DNA of 64,000 nt from Harriotta raleighana (taxonomy: Eukaryota). The DNA lies in assembly GCA_050575255.1 (NCBI GenBank), contig JBNZDD010013724.1, positions 7,485,658 to 7,549,657 on the forward strand. The letters run 5' to 3'. The translations under genes and the position numbers were made by a program. Shown one piece after another: positions 38,952 through 51,000 of this stretch (within the stretch, counting starts at the first letter, position 1; each line of letters starts with the position of its first letter). The notes under the pieces are model-generated. The model did not search any database and was not told the origin of the DNA. It saw only the letters and a program-made list of their open reading frames with translations.

Positions 38952-40630
38952 TCAGCTCCCACTATCAGCACTGTGAGGCAGTTCAAGACAATCTCCTGAC
39001 ATGAATGTTGCTGTGTGAATGTAAATTGTACTGTCTGAAATCAGTATTTCCTGAAAAGGCACTGAAACACTAATGATCCGTGCACCTATAAACCAGGGAC
39101 CTTTGCAATACATCTGAAAATTTTCACCAAAGCTTTGCCGAGCGCCAGCAGCAGTCACACAGGCCCTTTGTGGCCTGAAAGGACCTTTGCCTAACAGTCA
39201 CTCCAGATAACTAGTCACTGAGTCATTTTCCCTTGAAGTGATGAGTTATCCGGAGTTTACTGTAATTTCAAAAAAAGGCATAAAAAGAAGCTTCCATGGC
39301 TATAAACCAGAATTGCTTTCAAAGAACATTGCTCTTCGTTCTTTCCATTTTATTCCTTTCATTCTTTTCACTTCCTTTGTTGAGGAAAACCATGCACCTG
39401 TTACTTATTGGTATGTTGACTTTAAAGTTTAATCATTACTAGTGGAGTAATATATTTCCACCCCACTAGTAATGATTACCATGTTTTCACTCTAAATCAG
39501 TGCTAATAGTTTATTTTGGAAAATCATATTCTATTTTAATGGAACATTGAGAAATTTGCAAACACGGAATGCCTTTATGATTCAGAAGTAAGACATCTAT
39601 GTGTCAAATTGTGACAAGTACAGAAGATTACTATTAACATCTAGATGTTCTTTGATTCAATTCCACTGACATTTTTCCAGAAATTACCTCTGAAAAAAGG
39701 GTAGGATTGGAGGCAAGGTTGATATTTGTCATGGAAACAATCTTTCTGGAAGTCACGTTCTCTTTGTCTGTTAATACGATATAATTTACTGGTTGGATTT
39801 GTAGCAGCTGAGTACTTGCTAAAAATAACCTCACAGTCCTGACCAACAGTGCCTGCAGCTTGTTGGCATGGCTTCCAGACATAACAAACGCAGTGATGTG
39901 CATTCATTATAACATTGTACCTGGTTCGATCAGACAATGTAAGGGACAGGATAGTGACAGATTGGTTCCCTTGCCCATCAGCAATGCATTGACTATAGTC
40001 AAGCAATTAAAATGTTTAGGATCAATTATTCCAAATCTTTGCTTAAATTTCCCAAATATTTAGTTCTTCACAGTAAGATAATAAGCTAATATTTTAATTA
40101 AAGAATATTTTATCTGCTTTACTTCAGATATTCTGTGACTAATATTATTCAAGCTTTTTTAAAAAAAATACAATTGCAAGTCAATATGAAAATCAAGGCA
40201 CAGCATAAATATTTAAGTTTTCAGTAATTAAAATGTGGTGATTTTTGTGAGCCTATGGCTCCAATATGTGATGAATTTTTATTTATTCTGTTTTTTTGAC
40301 TGGAGAACAATAAAAGGAGTAGGCATCTTCAATAATAACCCTTGAAATGCTATTGCACCTTTTCACATCATCAAGACATCTTAAAGAGCTTGATAGTATT
40401 TCACCATGAAGTGGCTGTCTAGGTGAACAGAGCAGCCACGTTGTACACAGCAATATTCCACAAATAGCCATGAAGTGAACGGTCGACGTCATTGGGGGAA
40501 TTGTTGGACAGTACAATTTTCTGCAGAATTGATGGCTGTTGATGAAAAATAGGATTGATGGAGGTGATAGGGTCACTGAATTCAGTGAAGGAGAGGGTGT
40601 AGGTTACTGAGTTCTGTAGATTTACAAACC
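38952..40630 (-). pseudogene. Tandem Ig V-like domain remnants
   Basis: LNSVTLSP...KLYC (40480-40630); GQGNQSVTILSLTLSDRTRY, then LASTQLLQIQPVNYIVLTDKENVT (39640-40000); acceptor ttacag| LITSRENDSVT...ARQSFGENFQ...EILISDSTIYI (38952-39259). Confidence 0.55.
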
Positions 40631-41867
40631 TGATCTGATTTCAACATCAAATCTGCTAAAGCAGAAAAAAAATCTGCAATTATTTAAAAACCTTTTTAAG
40701 ATCAGGGTATTTATCGATTTCTCCCTAGAAAGGAACTGTAGTGCTAGGTATGTGTTTTGTAAAAAAAAAAGTGAATGCTCCATTGTTCATAAACACGTAT
40801 CACTCTGATTGAGTGCACATATATCCCTTAAAGGTATTTAACTTTTAGCTTAATGTGTGAATTTCAGTGAATATTTCATAAGTATTTTCCATGACATTAT
40901 CGTGAACACACAGCATTTGCATGCAAGCAGCAGAAGAATACTGAAGCTCCCTTAAAACTGCAACATGAGATATCGTGGCTTTGGATTTGAACAACAACAA
41001 AACAAAATTCTCAACTCCAGGATCACAGCTGTTATGACAAACTGCCTTTCACACATCAGGCCCTGGAAGAGCCATAACTTTCTCCAGCTCATAGTCGACA
41101 GAACTGAGACTATTCTGCTCAGAGCCAGTCAGTTCATCTTCAACTCAGAAGTCGACAGTAACAACTTCCCTCGTTGCTCATTCCAAATCAATGGAGCTTG
41201 TGCAGAACCTCAGTATTATGTTCAACCTCAAATGTTCTTTATTTTGATTCTGACCAAATCCATTTTGGTCGACTTCGCAGCCAAAAGAGCCCAACTGTCA
41301 TCCACACCTTTGTTATCTGCATTCTCCAATATTCTACTCTCTGGTCTCACTCCACTCTCCACAAGCTACAGATCATCCAGATCTCCACAGGCTCGACATC
41401 CTGTTCCACTCTAGACTTGAGGAATGCATCTCACAAGACCTCAGTGTATCACAAGGTCCAAATAAATTGCAGTATTGAGCTTGCAATTCAAGCATATTTA
41501 CTCAAAGAAGACTATTGACAGTGATATAACAGAAAGTTGGAGATCATGACAGAAGTGCTCTAATTTGTCACCTCACTGACAACCATTTTGTGGTTTTATT
41601 TCTTTGATCAATATACCTTTGCAGTGGCCAGTAAGCAGATAGGATCAGGTCAGAGAGGAAAAGAATGAGATCCTGGACCCTTACAGAAAGTCAGGAGCAT
41701 TTCTAAAGTGAGGTGAAACTCCAAATGATTCAGTCATATTTTGAATTTCTGTATTTGTCTCTGCACTCAATTTGACTTTGCCAATGGAAACATCCCCATT
41801 TTCAGGATGCTGGGATACTTGAACTGCATCTGTGCAGGATTCTGTTCCATTCTCTTCCTGTTTCTTT

Positions 41868-42310
41868 TATAAGAACATTAGAACATAAGAATTAGAGCAG
41901 GAGTAGGCCATTCGGCCCCTCAAGCCTACCCCGCCATTCAATAAAATCACGGATGATCTTCTAGTCTAACTCCACCTACCCGCCTTATTCCCATATCCCT
42001 TAATCCTTTATCCACAAGAAATCTATCAATCACAGTCTTGAATATGTTCAAGGACTGAGCATCTACAGCCCTTTGCGGTAGAGAATTCCATAAATTCACT
42101 ACCCTCTGAGTGAATAAGTTTTTCCTCAACTCAGTGCAAAAGGACTGACCCCTAATTTTAAGACTGTTACCCCTGATTATAGTTTCTCCAACCAGGGGAA
42201 ACAGTCTCCCACTATCTACTCTGTCATGCCCCTTAATAATCTTATAACCTATAATTTTATATTCTAGAGAATATAGGCCTAGATTGCTCAACCTATCCAC
42301 ATAGCCCATC
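41868..42310 (-). mobile_element. CR1 LINE 3' end
   Basis: LGLYSLE..YKIIKG.DRVD..LFP..FTQRVVNLWNSLP; TTCTTATG-type tail. Confidence 0.93.
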
Positions 42311-42517
42311 ATTTCTATTTAATAAGACAGTAATTATAGCATCCTGTTCATCGAACACCGTTTAGTTATCTGTAGATCTTATTAAAGTTATCAAAAAGGT
42401 TTCCTACAGGAAACAATACAGGTTTTTAAAAAAAGGTTTGTAAAATGCATGATATTTAGTACAGTTAAGTGTAGACTTAAATTGTTGGGAATTATACTTT
42501 TGTGTTTTCCTACCATG

Positions 42518-42830
42518 GAGACTGCAGTTCAGTGTTTACAGCACTTGCTTGCAAGCGAAATACTGTATCTGGGTTCAATTCCAGGCAGGACAATGCCTTG
42601 GATAAGTTTCCTTACTCCACACGCCTAATAATAATCCCTCACAAAAACAGTAATAAATTGGTCATTTCAATCCATGACTGTTTGTGAGACACTGCTGTGT
42701 GCAATTGGCTGCCGCATTTTGCCAATATATATAGTCAATTCACTTTACAGTATACTTTGTGAAGCACTTTGACACATCTAGAAGACATGAAAAGTGCTAT
42801 ATAAAATGCAAGGATTATTATTATTATTAT
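42518..42830 (+). mobile_element. Deu-type tRNA SINE
   Basis: Head, body and (ATT)n tail. Confidence 0.9.
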
Positions 42831-43861
42831 TGAGGTCTATAAGGTTCAGAGAGATGAAGGGAAATATATCACTTAGGTTATTCTGATCCATTGAGTTAGA
42901 ATACATGGAAAATATACATAGTCTAGCACATGCTATCTTATGCTGGGTGCCAATGTACATTCATAGTGAAATGGCTTGCTAAGAAAGAAAAGCAGATGGA
43001 TGTGTAAATTTAGCAGGTGTTGGAATAGGAAATGTAAACCCAAAAAGTCGGTGGAAAAGCTGTTTCTATTACCACAAAAAAAATCAGGTGCAGTTATAAA
43101 TGGTGAAACCCCAAATAATTCAGTCATATTTTGAATTTCTAGGATGTGTTTCTGCACCCAATTTGACTTTGCCAATGAAAAGATCCCCACATTCAGTTTG
43201 TGGGAGTTTGTTCTTTTATGTTTGTTATAAGGTGGTGACCACAGGAAGCCACAGTGGGTAAATTGCGCTACTGGCAACTTCCTGCACAGGAATGTTCCAA
43301 GCTAATATTTTATCTGTACAGTGTTCGTTAACCCTTAGCCAGGATAACATTGGAGCTGTCATATTAGCCACTAGAATAAGCTGCAGTGCTGCCAGCTGTA
43401 AGGAGAGGAAAATATCTTATACCTGCTCTTGAGCACAGTTCAGCAATATTTTTTGAAACTCAATTGAGCGGATGTTTACTCAGCATGGGATCGGGCTCAG
43501 CTGTGCTGAATCCTGAGCTAAGTTGAATTACTCCCTGGCACTTACTACTTGATTTCCATTTAAAGATTTGGGCAAAGGCACCAATGTTGGTATCTGTGGA
43601 ACAGTAACCTAGAATGAGTCAATGACTTCAGGAGNCAGAAATAGAAATAAAATTAGAGAAATTTTCATTCAAATATAGTTTTGCAACTCATCTCAGCATG
43701 TATTTATTCTGATCTTTTCTAATCGTTGATCTGTTGATCTAATGGTGTTAGATTACCATCTCATTAGTTATTATAATAAAAATGTCATCCTTCAGGTGGT
43801 AAATTTGCAGAATTCTTATCAATATACATCAGTGGCTTGTGGCTTTCTAAAATGTATTTTG

Positions 43862-45510
43862 TAATAATAACAACAACAAATTACACTTGCATAGCGCCTT
43901 TCACATCAGGACGACGACCCAAGGTGCTGGACAGTCATTGTGTCAGACCCGAGCTGGGGACGGGATGGGGAGGGAAGGTGGGAATTAGGAGTTGCAGATG
44001 GGACAACAACAACAACAACAAAATTACATTTATAGAGCGCGTTTCACGTCAGGAGGACGTCCCAAGGCGCTGGACAGTTGGATTAAGACCCGAGCAGGGG
44101 GAAATGTTCAGGGCGAGGCGGGGGGGAGGGTGGGAGCAAGGAAGGGGTAGAGACTTGAGAGGGGAGCTGAAGGCACGGTCGAAGAGAAAGGTCTTGAAGG
44201 ACCATCGAAGAGTAGAGTTTTGAGGCGGCACTTGAAGGATGCCAGGGAGGGGGCGAGTGTAGACACCATGGGATGAAGTTCCAGAGGTTGGGGGCAGAGT
44301 GGCTAAAGGCTCGCCTGCTGATGGTGGGGTGGATGGGTTGGGGGACGTGGAAACATGGAAACATGGCGACGTGGATTAGCCTGCTGAGCAGAGGGGATGG
44401 GCAGATTGGTAAAGTGTTAGAACGTCACGGATGTAGGATGGGGAGAGGTTGTGGAGGGCTTTGAATATGAGGACCAGGATCTTGAATTGGATCCTGTGAT
44501 TGATGGGGAGACAATGGAGTCAGGCGAGGAAGGGGTCACAGAGTTCGGAACAGTAGAGGACACGGGCCATTCTTAAGTACTGAAGGATACTTCGGAGTCG
44601 AACAAGATGCCCAAATTCCTGATTGGCTTCGAGAGGTGGAGTGAACAGCCTTAGACACTGATGTTGTAAGCACCTGAGGTGCGGAGGCGCTGGCGTGAGC
44701 CAATCAGGATGGCTTCTGTCTTGTTGACGTTGAGCTGTAGGAAGTTTGCCCTCATCCAGGACTCGATGACGGACAGACACGCAGTCAGGACACCAGTAGT
44801 CCTGGAGTTGAGGGTGGACACAGAGAGATAGAGTTGGGTGTCATCCGCATACATGTGGAAATTGACTCCATGTCTGCGGATGATGTTGCCCAGGGGGAGA
44901 GTGTACAGGGTGAAGAGCAGGGGGCCGAGGACGGAGCCCTGGGGAACGCCGCACGTGACTGTGCGGAGGCTGGAGGTAAAACCATTAGCAGAGATGAAGT
45001 GAAAGCGGTGGGAGAGGTACGACCGGAACCAGTCGAGGACAGAGGCTTGGGTTGAGGAGGGAGGAGAGGCGGTGAAGGAGGATTGTGTGGTCCATTGAAT
45101 CAGCAGATACATCAAGGAGGACGAGGAGGCAGAGGGAGCTCTGGTCGCAGATGGTCAAGATGTCATTTGTCACCTTGACCAAGGCAGTTTCCGTGCTATG
45201 GGAGGCGCGGAAACCAGATTGGAGGGGTTCAAGGAGTGAGTTTTTGGTGAGAAAAGAGCGGAGCTGGGAGGCAACCACTCTTTCTTTGAAAGGAAGTGGA
45301 GGTTGGAGATGGCCAGTAGCTTGATAGCTGCGACGCATCGAGGGAAGGCTTTTTTAAGATGGGGGTGATGGTGGCGGTTTTAAGGGTAGTGGGAACAGTG
45401 CCGGATGAGAGGAAAAGGTTGATGATGTCTCTGATGGGCTAGAAGGTGGAGCTGGGTGGTGAGGAGAGGGGTGGGAATGGGATCAAGGGAGTAGGTAGTG
45501 AGCTTCAGCA
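43862..45510 (-). mobile_element. L2 LINE(s): tail 43862-44001 plus a second L2 tail at 44002 and RT fragment to 45510
   Basis: [43 protein letters not shown]. Confidence 0.95.
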
Positions 45511-46281
45511 GTCTAAAAGTAGAAATAAATTTGCTGTGCTGTTAACACACCTATTTTTAAGACTGTGAAAGATAACAATGTATTAGTGCACTTTAACTGA
45601 TAGGTACTCTTTCAATTGCTGGACACGCAAACAAATGGATATTTGTTCACCTATTTTCCAAAAGAAATCAAGGGCCCAATTTTAGTGGATAAAGTTTGCG
45701 CTACAGTGCTGCTTAATTTAACAATTTGAGAGATAATTCCTTGCATTAACTGGATGAACATCCTGAGAGAGCCCTGCTCTTAAAATTCCATTTCCATGAA
45801 TGGCAGCCCAGTCTAAAATTTCTTAATCACAAAATCACATAAAGAAACCACACAAAAAAGACCCTGGCTTGTTTCTGAGCTGTATATGAAATTCTGACAA
45901 TCAATTTGTGCAGATGTTTGAATGCAAAATACACAGTCACTGCACTTCAAAATAGATTGTATGAAGCGATTTGAGATCCCACCCCGTCAATGAGAAAGGT
46001 GCGATATGAAATATAAAGATTATTATCATTATTTTCCTCTGGGAATTTGTTGAAAATTACAGGGCATGCAGAAAAAAAAGTCACAACTTTTATTCTAGCA
46101 AGTCTACAGTGTTTCATCGTATTTTTACAGTTGTATCTCTTCCCCATTAAACTGTGTTTTTAGAAATTAATTTCTGGTAAACCACAGACTATTGAAGAAA
46201 AAAATTCTTGATACAGTATATTCAAAATTAACCATTGGGGAGCCAAATTCCAACATAAAGTAACCTATAAAATAATTTGTC

Positions 46282-46537
46282 TTGATATTGTGATCAATTT
46301 TAAAACATTCTTCAATTTATTCTCAATCAATAAAATAAATCTAAAATTAAAAAAAACCTTACATTTTGTAATAGAGGTTTTCATATTATGAGGACATCTA
46401 AAGTTCTTCAAGACCTTTGAGATGTCCTCCTGATATGAAAATCTCTATTACAAAATGCAAGGTTTTTTTTAATTTTAGATTTATTTTATTGATTGAGAAT
46501 AAATTGAAGAATGTTTTAAAATTGATCACAATATCAA
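46282..46537. repeat. 256-bp near-perfect palindrome centred on 46409
   Basis: 46282-46408 is the reverse complement of 46410-46537; outer 79 bp identical, inner part has 5 substitutions and 1 indel. Confidence 0.95.
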
Positions 46538-47703
46538 TTGTGACTATGTAGCTCATGGGTGAACACAGTAACCAATTTTCAAACAACAGTGACTACAAAC
46601 AGCATGAAGTGAGTAACCAACTTTTAGTTGAGGGGATTTGGGGTTAGAACACTGGACAAAATTCTCTTTAATCTTAATTTTTTAAAGATTGCATTGTTTG
46701 ACAAATGTCACCAACAATAATTAACGCACACTAGGTGGCAGCACAAGCCTCTCCCCTGGTAAATGATTTTAATCAGATCTAGGGTACACCATTTATTTTG
46801 TATTTTGTGTGAGTATTGTTGCAAATTGTAGACCTTGGAGCATCTCATCTCATGTTGTCATCTGCTTATCTCTGTTTTATCCTTCCTACTTCCATATTCC
46901 TCCTCTGGGAAGAGGCCTGAGAGATATGACATCCTGAAGCATCCTATATCTGATTAGATTACAGTCAAAACCATTCAAAACCAAAGCATTCAAAAGCATT
47001 AAACAAATGGTAACTGCAGACCATCATACCAGTTGGAGCTTTGGGTCACAAGACTGAAGATAAGTCTCCATCTCCAAATCTTATTGGCGTACCTGATACA
47101 TTGGTCAACCATCAGCAATGCTTCAGATTATTGCTGACATGCCTGATTTCTCTCCCCAGAAACAATAACCTTACTGCTAATTCTGGATAAATATCTGGAG
47201 TAACAACATAAGTGACAAAAAAAGATTTAAAAAAAGATTTTTGTGTCTCCAGTTTTTTTTCTGCTTTTCTCCCCATTGGCAATGGCTCTGCTTCTAGGCT
47301 CAGACTTCCTTATTTGAGAGTGAGGTTGCACAGGTTGCCTTCCGATACCTCACCCAAGTGGCCATTATTTATGTGTTCATCTTGGTAGTGAGTGTCACAG
47401 ACCATATCACTGTAGAGGGTAACTTGCTCAGTGAAAACCAGAGTATTTCAGCCCTCATGTCTTTATGAAGGTATATTTGATTTGCTGCAGCGGTCTGCAT
47501 CTCTTTGGTGTGAAAATCATAGCCTTTCATAGAACTTTTATTTAACAGTAGCTTGCATTTATATAGCACTCTTCAGGTAGGATAACATCTCAGAATTTTT
47601 CAAAGGATGGTAACGGACACCAAGGAAGGGGAGAGGGAAGGTGAACTTAAGTGTAGTTGAAAAGATAAGATTTGATTTTAGGTGTGCTTTAATTATGGAT
47701 GGA

Positions 47704-48024
47704 AAGCTCCTGTAGCTCAGTGGTTAGAGCACTCACTTTATAAGCATAAGACCTGTGTTCGAATCCAGGCAGATCAGGTCAAAACCTTGGGCAGGTTTCC
47801 TTACTCTGAAAGTCTAATTAATAATCCCTCCAAAAAAAAACACAATAATCAAAATTAGTCATTTCAATCGCTGACTATTTGTGGGACACTGCTGTGCACA
47901 ATTGACTGCCACCTTTCGCCCACAAATATACAGTCAATTCACTTTACAGTATATTCTATGACGCGCTTTGAGACATCGATAAGATGTGAAAAGCGCTATA
48001 TCAAATGCTAAAATTATTATTATT
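47704..48024 (+). mobile_element. Deu-type tRNA SINE
   Basis: Full head, body and tail. Confidence 0.92.
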
Positions 48025-51000
48025 AGAAAGTGGGAATAAGAGGTCAGGGTAGATGGACAGAATTCCAGTTGTTAGCTGAAAAAGTGGAGATTGAGTTTTG
48101 CTACTGGAAACCCACATGAATATAACATTGTAGACTATTAATGTGGAACTATTATTCGGCAAAGAATGTAGGTGGCATCTGTGGGAGGCATGACATTGCA
48201 CAGGAGCTTGCTATAATTTAGGACACTTCTAATAAAGAGTAAGAGATCTGATTGGAGTTTAATTTCATGCACAAGTCACTGGTTCGCCAATGTCAATACT
48301 GTAATTTGGATTTGCAACCTTTTGATATTATTGAAGGTTATGTTCAGATCTTTTCAAATGAAATTAGCTAAGGTATATTTATGTCTCCATTGTGATTGTC
48401 TTTGTATTAGAGGAATACCAAGAGAACTGAAACTTCATATCGGAGTATATCCTAGAATAGAATGTGTTTAACCTGACCATTTTACAGACCTTTGCACTAG
48501 GCTTCGAATCAGCAACCTGATCTGGAGTATTGTGTTAAGCTTTGTTTCTGATCACACTTTCCACAGGAAAGAGAATTCAACTGTGACACTGCAAGAGTTA
48601 TAATAATGATGATCCAACATCACCCCAATACTCTGCACAAACTTCCCAACCTTTCTCGACAAAGACTATTGAGAACTCTGAAGCCCATATCCTCTTCTAT
48701 CCTCCCCTATCATCCCCTTTCTCAATTCCTGGAACTGGATTCCATTCTCACGGGCCACAAGGTGGCCACCACTACCCTAGTACGACAATTTTAAAATCCT
48801 CATTCTCACCTTTAATCCCTTCCACAGTCTTGCCCCATCTACCCTCTGTAGCTTCCTTTGACCCTACTGATCCTACTGATTCACTCAGTGCGCACTGCCC
48901 TCTTTGAATTCCTTCGTCCTACCTACCCCTCTCTCTGAAACTCCAACTTGGAGTCTCTCTGACTCGTTTCCTTAATCCCATCTTTCAAGGCATGTCTCAA
49001 ATGTTCTCCTCTTGTCTCTTTTGTGTGTCATCTTTCCCTGTTCACCGGACTCAGCGCTCACAAACCCTCAGCTAGTGGGTCTATCCAGCACTGTGAATGT
49101 GCTTTAGGGCATGATGTGAAAAATGCCATTAAATGTAAATTTTTTTATTTTATTCTAACTAATTTTTTTATTTTATTCTAACTATAATTTTAAGGTAGTT
49201 GTGAACTTTACCCTGGTTGTAGAAAATTAAGTTCTATACAATATAAGAGGACGAGGCCTTCTGCCGTGCTGAAATTGTAGTGATTGATTTGAAAAACCTT
49301 GGCTACATATCACCGTGTTCACCACTATTTCCCTTCCACCTTCTCTCCCTGTTTGCGTTATTTATTTTGAACTTTATTTTTGGCTTTATTATATTTATTC
49401 TAATCTGTTTTCTACCTCCAAATAAATCTGACCTCCCTTCTTTCTTCAAGCAACCAAGCTGGCTGTCTGTGTTGTGCTGGAACCAACTATTGTGTCATCC
49501 TGGTTTTGCATTCAATTGTAAATTTGAAACGTGAATGATTTGACAGATCCATGGAATATTTATGAGCCTGTCAATCTCTGAAACAATTTTCAATTGTACA
49601 GTTGGAATTGTGAGTTGCAAACATGTAACTCATTTGATGGTACTCTGAGGATTAAGGCGCATAACATGAGCAGTGGTAGTGAAAGGCTCATTCTATATTT
49701 GACAGTAGTATACCTGTTCTGGGAGTGCTAGATACTCGGACTGAAATGGAAAAGTATTCCATTCTACATCATTGATATTGGTCAGCACACAAATTCACCA
49801 AGAGAAAAATTATTCATCCAACACATGCATTCTGGTAACTGACATCTGAATGAGAAATGCACTGCATTAATAACAATCAACCTCATGAGTCTTTTGGGAT
49901 TTTTTCATCTTTCAAATTCCAAAGCTCACTTTTAAGAACTAGAACACATATAGTACTGTAGTTTGTCATTTTCTGTATCTGATCGGTACCAAGCAGAGAA
50001 ACAGAAACACCAAGAAATGAATGTGAGAAAACTTAATACAGCAAATAGCTGTGCCATCATTCGATACTCCATGGCAATGTTGGGATGAAAAATGTGACAA
50101 TTTAAAACAAATTCAACATACTGTATATCAAATGTGCTATTCGATCCTCTTATATGACATCACATCTTTCTTGCTATTCACGCAGTAGAATCCAGATGAA
50201 ACTCCTGACCAGACCTTGGTAGCACTGGTACTGTTGCTGTTAAGTGATGTCATTCATTCCTCAACTATAAACGCTTTATGAGGATTAATAAAAAAGATGA
50301 ATTGTCACCCAATCCATGATTGTGGGACATGCTGTGCACAAATGGCTACTGCGACTCGCCCACAAAATATACGGTTAATTCACTTTACAGATATTCTATG
50401 AAGCAATTTGAGCTGTTTCAAAGACGTGATAAGGTTCTATATTAATTGTATTATTAATATTATTGTGGTGCCCAGAGGAGTTTGCCAGTTCTTTAGCAGT
50501 TTTGAGCAAGCAAGCAACTAAGAACCTTATCTGTTGAATATTAGAAACAACTGTCTCATCTTTGTTTTGCAACCAACTGTATAGCTGATGGCTGACTGCC
50601 CCTTGATAGGATTAAATGAAGACTTTTACAAAAAGAAGCCTCACTAGGACGCCCCAATAAAAAATATGATGCTAACTGAAATCTCCTGCCTCAACCATTG
50701 TGCTGGAATTGGGAGAGAGGAGGGGTCACAGAGATCATGAGGACAACAGGAGGAGGACAAGTGCTCCACAGATTTACTGTAACATGTAGTGACTGTATTT
50801 TATATGTGAATTGTGGCAGCCAATGTGTTTGTAAGTAACCATGAAGCGAGTAATCAATTATTTCTGGGGAATGTTTAGCCTGGACACTGGAAAAACCTCC
50901 CTTCTCATTTTGAATAGTGCCATGAGGTATTTAACATCCACAGGCAAACGGGAGCTCAGTTTAATGTCTCGTCTGAAGATTAGCACCCCTGGCAATTCAG

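Larger units (their letters stand above)
1256..40630 (-). pseudogene. Putative decayed multi-Ig-domain (IgSF, V- and C-type) gene or cluster antisense to KCNIP4
   Basis: At least a dozen minus-strand segments between transposons translate, with stops and frameshifts, into Ig strand motifs; several begin at polypyrimidine-AG acceptors (exon starts 1552, 6254, 9132, 17820, 39259). See the individual remnants below. Confidence 0.6.

Noticed and set aside
44651-45338. Reverse transcriptase ORFs as a functional or novel RT system
   Set aside because: Ordinary truncated, frameshifted L2 LINE remnants; same for 1884-2978, 4691-5332 and 25.5-27.9 kb.
47704-47780. tRNA-like sequences (also at about 460-530, 11075-11146, 55935-56000)
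   Set aside because: Heads of SINEs, continuous with SINE body and tail; no proper acceptor stem or terminator.
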